Shown piece by piece: positions 45,928-54,513 of a DNA stretch of 64,000 nucleotides. The stretch is from NCBI GenBank assembly GCA_035526705.1, contig DATLBX010000150.1:3729-67728 (forward strand), read 5' to 3'. How positions within the stretch are numbered: the first letter of the stretch is position 1; each line of letters begins with the position of its first letter. The notes beneath the pieces were generated by a model, which did not search any database, was not told the DNA's origin, and worked only from the letters and a program-made list of their open reading frames with translations. The position numbers and the translations under genes were made by a program. This DNA is from Acidimicrobiales bacterium (GTDB lineage Bacteria > Actinomycetota > Acidimicrobiia > Acidimicrobiales > JAHWKP01).

Positions 45928-45946
45928 GTCAACAAAATAAGAGACG

Positions 45947-47602
45947 GTGAGGCGGATCGCTCTTCTCTCGGGTGTGGTGGCGGCTATCGGGCTGGCCCTC
46001 GCACTGGCGTTCACGCTTGATCAACGTGCCCATGCCGGGCGGGTCGCCCGCAATGTCGAGCTACATGGAAAGCCGATCGGGGGCATCGCACCGGAGCAAC
46101 TGGCGACCGAGATCCGCGGTCTGGCCCAGCGCATGGGCGGGACCACGTTGTCGGTCCGTGCCGCGGACGGATCGGGAGACGACCCCTCCCCGATGACCTT
46201 TCAGGCCCGTGAAATCGGCTTGGCTCTCGACGAGGAGCGCACGTTGGAGTCCGTGATGAGCGCGGGCCGCCAGTCGAACCTCGCCGCCCGGTTGTTCAGC
46301 TGGGCATTGTCCCCCGTCCGCAAGCGCGACGCGGGTGTAGCGGTGAGCGCCAACCACGACGCCATCTACGCACTGATCTCGGAGCGAGACGCGGGCAGGG
46401 AGCCGCCAACCGAACCGACGATCAGAGGCGAGGAGGAAGCGGTGCAAGTCGTCCCCGGCAAACCGGGAAAGGGGGTCGACGCCGCGGATGTGATCCGAGG
46501 TTTGCCGGACGCGGCGCGCACCGGCCTGCCCCTGAAGGTCGCCGTCGAGCGAGGTGGGGTCCCGCCGCGGCACAGCTTGGCGGAGGCCCGAAAAGCGGCG
46601 GCCCTGGCGGAGAGGCTCGTGTCCGGGCCCCTCACCTTGCGAGCGGCAGGCGAAACACGAACCGTTCCTATCGCGACGGCGCGTTCGTGGCTGGAGACTT
46701 CGGCCGCGGCGGCCTACCTCCAGGTCACCTTCGACGACACCAAGACGATCGAGTCGCTGCAGAGCATTTTCGAGGGCCTCGGGCGAGAGCCCGTCGACGC
46801 GCGTTTCGTCGTGGAAGGTGGTCAGCTGAAACTGATACCCGGGCGTGATGGCACGAAGTGTTGCGACGCTGGCGCCGTCGACGTCATCGAAAGCCAGGTC
46901 CTGAACCGCGACCCGTCGAGCGGGCTACCCGACGACGTGGGTCCGCTACCCCTGGCCCCCGTCGCGCCGAAGAGAGGGATCGCGGAGCTGCGTGGGCTGA
47001 ACATCGTCGAGCAGGTCGCGACTTTCACCACCCCGCACAAACCGGGCGAGCCACGCGTCCGCAACATTCATCGGATCTCGGACCTGATGCGCGGCCAGAT
47101 CATCGGGCCGGGTGAAACGCTGTCGGTGAACGACATCGTCGGCAAGCGCACGGCGGAGCGGGGGTTCGTCTCGGCACCGGTGATCCAGGACGGCAACTTC
47201 GGCGAGGGAATCGGCGGCGGAGTGTCGCAGTTCGCCACCACGCTGTTCAACGCGGCTTTCCTCACAGGCCTCGAGTTTCCCGAGTACCAGAGCCACTCGA
47301 TCTATATCTCCCGTTATCCGTATGGACGGGAAGCGACGTTGTCGTACCCGAGGCCGGATTTGAAGATCCGGAATCCAACACCGCACGGGGTCCTCATCTG
47401 GGCCACTTACACGGAGACATCCATCACCGTCTCGCTGTGGTCGACGAAGTACTTCCGAGCGGAGCAGACGGGGCAGACCAAATCGGCCCGTGGCCCCTGC
47501 ACGCTGGTGCGCACGGAGCGCACGCGGACCGCCCCGGACGGCACGAAGAAGGTCGACCATGTCAACGCGCTCTACCGCCCCGGCGAAGGGGTGCAGTGTT
47601 GA
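45947..47602 (+). CDS. VanW family protein
   Basis: N-terminal TM segment. C-terminal VanW core GETLSVNDIVGKRTAERGF...GGGVSQFATTLFNAAFLTGLE...YISRYPYGREATL. Confidence 0.82.
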   Translation: MRRIALLSGVVAAIGLALALAFTLDQRAHAGRVARNVELHGKPIGGIAPEQLATEIRGLAQRMGGTTLSVRAADGSGDDPSPMTFQAREIGLALDEERTLESVMSAGRQSNLAARLFSWALSPVRKRDAGVAVSANHDAIYALISERDAGREPPTEPTIRGEEEAVQVVPGKPGKGVDAADVIRGLPDAARTGLPLKVAVERGGVPPRHSLAEARKAAALAERLVSGPLTLRAAGETRTVPIATARSWLETSAAAAYLQVTFDDTKTIESLQSIFEGLGREPVDARFVVEGGQLKLIPGRDGTKCCDAGAVDVIESQVLNRDPSSGLPDDVGPLPLAPVAPKRGIAELRGLNIVEQVATFTTPHKPGEPRVRNIHRISDLMRGQIIGPGETLSVNDIVGKRTAERGFVSAPVIQDGNFGEGIGGGVSQFATTLFNAAFLTGLEFPEYQSHSIYISRYPYGREATLSYPRPDLKIRNPTPHGVLIWATYTETSITVSLWSTKYFRAEQTGQTKSARGPCTLVRTERTRTAPDGTKKVDHVNALYRPGEGVQC

Positions 47603-47605
47603 GCC

Positions 47606-48472
47606 ATGAAGGTTGCCATCACCGGGTCGAGCGGACTCATCGGATCGGCACTCGTCGAGTCTCTTCTCGGGGACGGGCATCAGGTGGCTCGGATAGCGCG
47701 TGATGCCCAGGGGAGGATCGACACCACGGGGTTGGCCGGATCGGATGCGGTCGTGCACCTCGCGGGCGAGCCCATTGCGTCGAAGCTGCGGTGGAACGAC
47801 GTCCACAAGCGCAGGGTCAGACAGAGCCGCGTCGACGGAACGCGGCGAGTAGCCGAAGCGCTTGCACGACTCGACGCGAAGCCACGCGTCCTCCTCTCCG
47901 CCTCCGCCGTCGGGTACTACGGGAGCCGGGGTGACGAAGTTCTCGACGAACAGGCGGGCCCGGGCGCCGGCTTCCTCGCCGAGCTCTGTGTCGCGTGGGA
48001 AGCAGCGACCGCTGCGGCGGTGGAAGCGGGGATCCGAGTGGCCCGGACCCGGTCGGGTTTGGTACTCGACCCCCGCGGCGGCTTGCTGCCGAAGCTCCTC
48101 CTTCCAGGCAAACTCGGCTTGGGCGCCCGGCTGGGAAACGGGCGGCAGTGGATGAGCTGGATCACCCTCGACGACGAAGTGCGCGCCATGCGTCACGTTC
48201 TCACCGACGATTCCATCAGCGGGCCGGTGAATCTCTCAGCGCCGGGCCCCGTGACCAACGCGACCATGACCCACGCCATCGGCGGAGTGCTGAAGCGGCC
48301 CGCGTTCCTGGCGGTTCCCGCCCCCGCGCTCCGGCTCGCTTTGGGAAGGGAGACCGCCGACGAGACCGTGCTCACCAGCCAGCGCGCTGAGCCAGCTGTT
48401 CTGGGGACGCACGGTTTCGAATTTGTCGACCCGGAACTCGAACCCGCGCTGCACAAGTTGCTTTCGAGGTGA
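47606..48472 (+). CDS. TIGR01777-type NAD-dependent epimerase-like protein (SDR39U1/YfcH family)
   Basis: MKVAITGSSGLIGSALV Rossmann motif; the C-terminal DUF1731-like segment ends ...FEFVDPELEPAL. Confidence 0.78.
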   Translation: MKVAITGSSGLIGSALVESLLGDGHQVARIARDAQGRIDTTGLAGSDAVVHLAGEPIASKLRWNDVHKRRVRQSRVDGTRRVAEALARLDAKPRVLLSASAVGYYGSRGDEVLDEQAGPGAGFLAELCVAWEAATAAAVEAGIRVARTRSGLVLDPRGGLLPKLLLPGKLGLGARLGNGRQWMSWITLDDEVRAMRHVLTDDSISGPVNLSAPGPVTNATMTHAIGGVLKRPAFLAVPAPALRLALGRETADETVLTSQRAEPAVLGTHGFEFVDPELEPALHKLLSR

Positions 48473-49590
48473 CGCGGGAGGACGCCGACGTCATTGTGGT
48501 GGGAGCCGGCCCCGCCGGTGCTGCCGCGGCGATAGTGCTGGCTCGAGCCGGCAGGCGGGTGATCGTGGCAGACCGAGCCCGATTCCCACGGGACAAGTGC
48601 TGCGGCGACGGGATCACCGGGGCCGCCCTTCCCCGGCTGCGAGATCTCGGCCTGGACGCGTCTCGAGTGGCGTCGTGGCGCGATGTCGACCGGTCGGTTT
48701 TCGTCTCGCAGTCCGGGCGCTCCCTGGCGCTGGAGACCGGAGGGGGGCGGCGAGGTGTTCTTGCGGTCGCCACGCGGGCTGATCTCGATGCAGCCCTCCT
48801 CGATGTGGCGCGACGCGCCGGGGCACGCGTGGTCGAGGAGGCACGCTTGGATTCGGCTGCGCTCACCGCGGACGGTGTCTCGCTCGAGTTCGAACGGGTC
48901 GGGTCGCTGCACGCCAGCTTCGTGATTGCAGCTGACGGCGCCTGGTCACCGACGCGGCGGGCCCTGCAGCCGACCGAAGTTGCAATCCCGAAGTGGCAGG
49001 CAGCTCGGACATATGTCGAAGGTGTCGAGGGGGCCGCCGCCGCGGAGGCCCGCGTCTGGTTCGATGCCGACCTGCTGCCGGGCTACGCCTGGTCGTTTCC
49101 ACTCGGCGACGGACGAGCCAACGTCGGGGTCGGGGCGCTCAGAACTGCTGGGGGGGGCGGCGGCTGGATCGTTCGTCGACTGGGGTCATTGCTCCAGTCC
49201 GATCACGTTCGCTCGTTCCTGGGCGAGGCGTCGTCGAGCGAGGGCCGCGCGGCTGTCTGGCCGATTCCCACGGAGCTGAAGCGAGAAAACCTCATCGGCG
49301 GACAAGGCCGCGCGTTGTTCGCGGGGGACGCAGTCGGCGCAACGGATCCAATGACGGGCGAAGGCATCGCAGAGGCGCTCCAAACCGGGACTCTGGCGGC
49401 GGAAGCCCTGATTGCAGGTCGACCCAACTCCTACGCCGCAACCGCCGGACGAGCCCTCGTGTGGCGGCATCGCCGGCGTCAGCTCTGCTCGGACCTGCTG
49501 CGCCGTCGCGCCCTGGCCGCGGCCGGCCTAGCCGTGGCCGACGCCAACCACTGGACCCGCGCGCAGTTCACTCGGTGGATCTTCGAGTGA
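48469..49590 (+). CDS. FAD-dependent oxidoreductase, geranylgeranyl reductase family
   Basis: DVIVVGAGPAGAAAAIVLARAG...DKCCGDGIT and GDAVGATDPMTGEGI. GTGA overlap with the upstream stop. Confidence 0.8.
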   Translation: MTREDADVIVVGAGPAGAAAAIVLARAGRRVIVADRARFPRDKCCGDGITGAALPRLRDLGLDASRVASWRDVDRSVFVSQSGRSLALETGGGRRGVLAVATRADLDAALLDVARRAGARVVEEARLDSAALTADGVSLEFERVGSLHASFVIAADGAWSPTRRALQPTEVAIPKWQAARTYVEGVEGAAAAEARVWFDADLLPGYAWSFPLGDGRANVGVGALRTAGGGGGWIVRRLGSLLQSDHVRSFLGEASSSEGRAAVWPIPTELKRENLIGGQGRALFAGDAVGATDPMTGEGIAEALQTGTLAAEALIAGRPNSYAATAGRALVWRHRRRQLCSDLLRRRALAAAGLAVADANHWTRAQFTRWIFE

Positions 49591-49617
49591 TTGGGGTCGT
49601 CCGCCCCGGTTCCTCGC

Positions 49618-49644
49618 GTGCGGCGGCCCCCATCCTCGCCGCAC
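49618..49644. terminator. Hairpin in the convergent gap (possible terminator, no U-tract)
   Basis: GTGCGGCG (49618-49625) pairs with CGCCGCAC (49637-49644), with an 11-nt loop. Confidence 0.2.
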
Positions 49645-49675
49645 GGGCGCGAGTCGGGGAATAGAAAGTCACGCC

Positions 49676-50785
49676 TTATTTGGGGAGCCCCAGAACCCTT
49701 TCGCCGATGATGTTGCGTTGGACCTCGGATGTTCCGCCACCGATGGTCAAGGCCGTCGCGAAGAGAAAGCCGTAATGCCAGAGGGGGTCGTCGCTACCCA
49801 CTGGACCGGGACCGGCCAGCATCCCCGCCGCACCGGCCAGGTCCTTCGCCAACCCCATGAGCCGCTGGCCGTGCTCGTCGGCCAATGCCTTCGCCACTGA
49901 GGACTCGGCCCCGGCAGGCTTGCCTGCCACGCGCGCGCCGAGGGAGCGGAGCCGTAGGGCGCGGAGTACTTCGCCCTCGACCCACACCTTGGTCAGACGG
50001 TCGCGCACCACAAGGTCCGAACAACCTCCCGCCCCACGCACCGCGTCGAGGAGGTCATCGTGGGTCGGACCTCTCCCCCACAGTGCGCCCTCGCCTGAGA
50101 GCGAGACGCGCTCCTGTGCGAGCGTGACCTTCGCCAGAGCCCAGCCCGCCCCCTCCTCGCCGACCAGGTTGGCGGCGGGGAGGCGCACGTCGGTGAGAAA
50201 CACTTCGTTGAAGGTGTGCACACCGGTCATTTCCACGAGAGGCCGCACCTCCACGCCGGGCGCATCCATCGGACAGATGAAGTACGAGATGCCGGCGCGG
50301 CCCATGTTCTCCGCGGCGGTACGGGCCAGCAGGATGCCGAAACGCGAGTTGTGTGCCAGTGAAGTCCACACCTTCTGGCCGTTGATCACGTATTCGTCGC
50401 CGTCGCGACGAGCGATCGTGCGCAGGGCCGCGAGATCGGACCCCGCCTCCGGCTCGCTGAAGAGTTGGCACCACAGCTCCTCACCGGAGAGCATGGGGAA
50501 CAGATACCGCTCCTGTTGCTCGGGCGTGCCCGAGTGCAGGAGGGTCGGGCCTGCCCATCCCGTGCCAATCGGGTTTGCCGGCCGCCGGATCCCCGCCGCC
50601 TTGAGCTCCTCGTCGATGATCAGCTGGAGAATCGGGTCTGCCTCCAGACCCCACGGCCGTGGCCAGTGAGGGGCCACGTAACCGGCTTCGGCCAACTCTC
50701 GGCCCGACGGACGAGGGTGATCGGCGAGCCAGCTCCGGACCGATTCCCTACGCGGGTCGTCCTCTGGGGCAACAACGATGCGCAC
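49676..50785 (-). CDS. Acyl-CoA dehydrogenase family protein
   Basis: ACAD fold motifs (PHWPRPWG..., GQKVWTSLAH, C-terminal GGTSEVQRNIIGERVLGLP). Start uncertain: GTG 50785 is chosen to avoid overlap with the divergent fadD-like gene; the track start is 50854. Confidence 0.8.
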   Translation of the reverse strand: MRIVVAPEDDPRRESVRSWLADHPRPSGRELAEAGYVAPHWPRPWGLEADPILQLIIDEELKAAGIRRPANPIGTGWAGPTLLHSGTPEQQERYLFPMLSGEELWCQLFSEPEAGSDLAALRTIARRDGDEYVINGQKVWTSLAHNSRFGILLARTAAENMGRAGISYFICPMDAPGVEVRPLVEMTGVHTFNEVFLTDVRLPAANLVGEEGAGWALAKVTLAQERVSLSGEGALWGRGPTHDDLLDAVRGAGGCSDLVVRDRLTKVWVEGEVLRALRLRSLGARVAGKPAGAESSVAKALADEHGQRLMGLAKDLAGAAGMLAGPGPVGSDDPLWHYGFLFATALTIGGGTSEVQRNIIGERVLGLPK

Positions 50786-50807
50786 GGCAGGGCAAGCTAT
50801 CGGGCCA

Positions 50808-52427
50808 ATGAGCGGTTGGAACTGGGCTGATATCTGGGAGACCGTCGCTGACACGCGCCCGGAGGCGCCGGCCCAGGTTCAAGGCAAGCGACGCGTCACC
50901 TGGGCCGAGCTGGACCGAAGGGCCGACGGGGTGGCCCAGGCGCTGCTCGATTTGGAGCCCAGCCGTCAGGACAAGGTCGCCCAGTACCTCTACAACTGCC
51001 CCGAATACATGGAGTCGGTGTTCGGGACCGTCAAGGCGGGCCTGGTGCCGGTCAACACCAACTACCGCTACGAGTTGGATGAGCTGGTCTACCTCTGGGA
51101 CAACGCGGACGCGATCGCGGTGGTGTTCCATCACTCCTTCGGGGAGAAAGTCGAGGCGATAAGAGACCGTCTCCCGAAGGTCCGGGGGTGGTTCCGTGTG
51201 ACGGACGACGGTGCCGACGGCGATTGCCCCGAGTGGGCCATCCCCTACGAGGAAGCCGCCACCTCCGCGGCAGCCCGGACCAGCCCGCCCTGGCAGCGCG
51301 ACGGCGACGACCTCTTCCTCTTGTACACCGGAGGAACCACCGGGATGCCGAAGGGCGTGATGTGGCGCCAGGACGACCTGTTTTCGATACTGAACGGCTC
51401 GAGCCTCGTCCGTCACCCAACCGACGCCGGGATCGAAGGGATCGGCGGGAACCTCAGGGAACTCGGGTCCGGAGCCATAGGCCTCCCCGCTTGCCCCCTC
51501 ATGCACGGCACCGGAGCACTCACCGCCCTGTCGGTGATGAACGGAGGGGGTTGCGTCGTCACGCTGGAGAGTCGCAGCCTCGACACTGTCGAGTTGCTCG
51601 ATGCCATCACCACCGAGCGGGTGCAGCACCTGGCCATCGTCGGGGATGCTTTCGCCAAGCCGTTGCTTGCGACCCTGGACGCGAATCCCGGACGCTGGGA
51701 TATCTCGAGCATCGTTTTGATCGTCTCGTCCGGCGTGATGTGGAGCGAGGAGGTCAAGGCCGGTCTCCTACGGCACCACCCCGGCATGTTGCTCGCCGAC
51801 GCGTTCGCTTCGTCCGAAGCCCTGGGCATGGGGACTTCGGTGTCCAGCGCTGCGGGCACCGCCACCACGGCGAAGTTCACCCTCGGTGACGAAGCACGGG
51901 TGATCCGTCCGGATGGAACCTCGGTAGAGCCTGGTTCGAACGAGATCGGCATGGTGGCGGTGAAGGGCCGTACGCCCATCGGCTACTACAAGGATCCGGA
52001 GAAGTCGGCCGTAACCTTCCCGATCCTCGACGGCCAACGTTGGTCCGTCCCGGGTGACCACGCGATGGTGGAGGCCGACGGGACCCTCGTGCTCCTAGGC
52101 CGAGGGTCGGTGTGCATCAATACCGGGGGAGAGAAGGTTTTCCCCGAAGAAGTCGAGGTGGCTGTGAAGTCCCACCCCGCGGTGTCGGACGCGCTGGCCG
52201 TTGGCGTGCCCGACGAGCGGTTCGGAGAGGCCATCTGCGCCGTCGTCGAACACGCCGCGGGCGCAACCGTCGCTCCCGACGAGTTGATCGCGCATGTCAA
52301 GGGTCAACTGGCCGCCTATAAGGCGCCGAGGCACATCGTCGTCGTGCCCTCGATAGAGCGTGCGGCCAACGGCAAGGCGGACTACAAGCGGTGGAAGGCC
52401 GAAGCCGCGGAGCTCTTGGGGCGGTGA
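50808..52427 (+). CDS. Acyl-CoA synthetase (AMP-forming, FadD-like)
   Basis: AMP-binding motif LLYTGGTTGMPKGVMW, later GDHAMVEADGTLVLLGR and C-terminal ANGKADY. Start at ATG 50808. Confidence 0.88.
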   Translation: MSGWNWADIWETVADTRPEAPAQVQGKRRVTWAELDRRADGVAQALLDLEPSRQDKVAQYLYNCPEYMESVFGTVKAGLVPVNTNYRYELDELVYLWDNADAIAVVFHHSFGEKVEAIRDRLPKVRGWFRVTDDGADGDCPEWAIPYEEAATSAAARTSPPWQRDGDDLFLLYTGGTTGMPKGVMWRQDDLFSILNGSSLVRHPTDAGIEGIGGNLRELGSGAIGLPACPLMHGTGALTALSVMNGGGCVVTLESRSLDTVELLDAITTERVQHLAIVGDAFAKPLLATLDANPGRWDISSIVLIVSSGVMWSEEVKAGLLRHHPGMLLADAFASSEALGMGTSVSSAAGTATTAKFTLGDEARVIRPDGTSVEPGSNEIGMVAVKGRTPIGYYKDPEKSAVTFPILDGQRWSVPGDHAMVEADGTLVLLGRGSVCINTGGEKVFPEEVEVAVKSHPAVSDALAVGVPDERFGEAICAVVEHAAGATVAPDELIAHVKGQLAAYKAPRHIVVVPSIERAANGKADYKRWKAEAAELLGR

Positions 52428-53923
52428 TCGATCCCGAGGACGGGGAGCAGGGCGGCGGTGATCTTTTCGTCGACCTGACTTCCTACCCCGTGGATCTCGA
52501 GACGGTGAAGCTGCTTTCGCCTCGGTTGGCGCGTCGCTGCCAAGCCATCCCGCTCCGCCGGGAAGGGGGTCGGATCGTCGTCGCCCTCGCGAACCCAACC
52601 GATCTCTTCGTCATCGACGACCTTCGGGCCGCGCTGCGCTCGCCCGTCAAGGTCCTAGCCACTACCGCGGCGTCGCTCGACTGGGCCCTGGGTGAGTGGC
52701 TTCCTCTCGGCGAGGAAGCCGACACGCTGGTGAAGCTGGCCGAAGCCGAAACCGCTGGTAGTGGACGACACCCTGGGGACTCGGACGTCCAGACGGTCAC
52801 AGACGCGCCGCTGGTGCGTCTGGTCGATCTGGTGTTGACCGACGCGATGCGCGCCGGCGCATCGGACATACACCTCGAACCCAGTCGGGGCGAATTTCTC
52901 GTGCGTCATCGCGTCGACGGTGTGCTTCGCGACGCGCGCAGCTTTCCCCGCACGGTGCAGGCTGCCCTGATATCGCGTATCAAGCTCATGGCAGGTCTCG
53001 ACATCGCGGAGCGCCGGCTCCCTCAGGACGGCCGGATCCGTAAGGCTCTGGATGGCAAGGACCTCGATATGCGTGTCGCGATCCTTCCGACGGTGCACGG
53101 CGAGCAGGTGATCATCCGGCTGTTGGATACCGATCGCGCCGTCGTCAGCCTCGAAGACGTCGGTTTCATGCCAGACGTATTGCCCAAGTACGAGCTGTTG
53201 GCGCGGCGTCCTCACGGCGCCCTATTGGTGACAGGGCCCACTGGATCGGGCAAGTCGACGACGTTGTATGCCACCTTGGCAGCGGTCAACGATCGGTCCA
53301 AGAAGGTCATCACCGTCGAGGACCCGGTCGAATATGAAACGGTCGGCATCTCGCAGGTCCAGGTGCACACGCGGTCCGGGCTTACCTTCGCCAGAGCCCT
53401 CCGGTCGATCCTGCGCTGCGACCCCGACGTGGTTCTCGTCGGTGAGATCCGGGACCGTGAGACCGCGCTGATCGCGCTGGAGGCCGCGCTGACGGGGCAC
53501 CTCGTGCTGTCCACGTTGCACAGCAACGACGCAATCAGTACGCCGCTGCGGTTGATCGAACTCGGAGTCGAGCCCTACCTGGTCGCGTCCGGTCTCGAGG
53601 GCGTCGTGGGCCAACGTCTCGTGCGGGTGCTTTGCGAGAAGTGCAAGCAGCCCGCCCCGAAGAAGGACCCGAAGGTGGGCAAGCACTTCAAGGCCGTCGG
53701 TTGCCGCGAATGTGGCATGTCGGGCTACCGCGGTCGCCGGGGAATCCAGGAGCTCATGGTCGTGACGCCCACGATCGAGCACCTCATCGCCTCGGCATCG
53801 TCGCCGGACGAGATTCAAATAGTGGCGCTGGAGGAGGGCATGGTGCCGCTGCGCGACGCCGGCATGGACCTGGTGAAGAAGGGGCTGACGACCGTGGAAG
53901 AAGTGTTGAGGGTCACCGTATGA
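52424..53923 (+). CDS. Type II/IV secretion-system ATPase, GspE/PilB family (orphan)
   Basis: T2SSE_N-like N-terminus (RIVVALANPTDLFVIDDL). Walker A GPTGSGKST, Asp box, Walker B VVLVGEIRD, His box GHLVLSTLHSN and tetra-Cys CEKC...CRECG. GTG 52424 forms a GTGA overlap with the fadD-like stop. Confidence 0.88.
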   Translation: MIDPEDGEQGGGDLFVDLTSYPVDLETVKLLSPRLARRCQAIPLRREGGRIVVALANPTDLFVIDDLRAALRSPVKVLATTAASLDWALGEWLPLGEEADTLVKLAEAETAGSGRHPGDSDVQTVTDAPLVRLVDLVLTDAMRAGASDIHLEPSRGEFLVRHRVDGVLRDARSFPRTVQAALISRIKLMAGLDIAERRLPQDGRIRKALDGKDLDMRVAILPTVHGEQVIIRLLDTDRAVVSLEDVGFMPDVLPKYELLARRPHGALLVTGPTGSGKSTTLYATLAAVNDRSKKVITVEDPVEYETVGISQVQVHTRSGLTFARALRSILRCDPDVVLVGEIRDRETALIALEAALTGHLVLSTLHSNDAISTPLRLIELGVEPYLVASGLEGVVGQRLVRVLCEKCKQPAPKKDPKVGKHFKAVGCRECGMSGYRGRRGIQELMVVTPTIEHLIASASSPDEIQIVALEEGMVPLRDAGMDLVKKGLTTVEEVLRVTV

Positions 53924-54513
53924 GCAAGAGCTCGCCGGACACCAGTTGGATCGCCGACGTGATGGCCAAGCTGGAGCACGACCTGCGCAACCCGCTCACG
54001 GCGGTCATGGGGTTCGCCGACCTGTTGGGCATGAGCGATCTCGACGAAGCCCAGCGCCAGCACCTGAACCGCATCCATCAGGCCGCCGAACAGCTGTTGC
54101 AGGTGCTGGAGACCATGGAGGAGCGGGCCGTAGCCCCACAGCGCACCGTCGTGTATCTGGAAGATGACGCCGGGAATGTCGGCCTGATCGGCGGAATACT
54201 CGTCCACCGGCCGGGCGTGCGGCTGATTTCCGCGGCCGATGCTGCCACCGGTCTGAGCATCGTGCGAAAGGAGATGCCCGACCTGGTGCTCCTGGACCTC
54301 GGCCTGCCCGATCGCAACGGCGCGGACGTTCTCACTGATCTCAAGGCCGACCCCACGACCGCGGACATCCCGGTAGTCGTGATCAGCGCTTCCGCCGATC
54401 GTCGCGAGGACGTGCTGGCCGCGGGAGCCGAGGCCTACCTGAGCAAGCCGCTCGAAATCGTCGAGTTCCTGGAAATAGTCGATCGGTTCGCAGCGGCGGA
54501 CTCGACCGGGTGA
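53920..54513 (+). CDS. DHp (HisKA)-receiver protein lacking an ATPase (CA) domain
   Basis: H-box KLEHDLRNPLTAVMGFADLL. A complete receiver follows directly (YLEDD...LVLLDLGLPD...VVISAS...YLSKP). ATGA overlap with the upstream stop. Only 197 aa, so there is no room for a HATPase_c domain. Confidence 0.8.
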   Translation: MSKSSPDTSWIADVMAKLEHDLRNPLTAVMGFADLLGMSDLDEAQRQHLNRIHQAAEQLLQVLETMEERAVAPQRTVVYLEDDAGNVGLIGGILVHRPGVRLISAADAATGLSIVRKEMPDLVLLDLGLPDRNGADVLTDLKADPTTADIPVVVISASADRREDVLAAGAEAYLSKPLEIVEFLEIVDRFAAADSTG

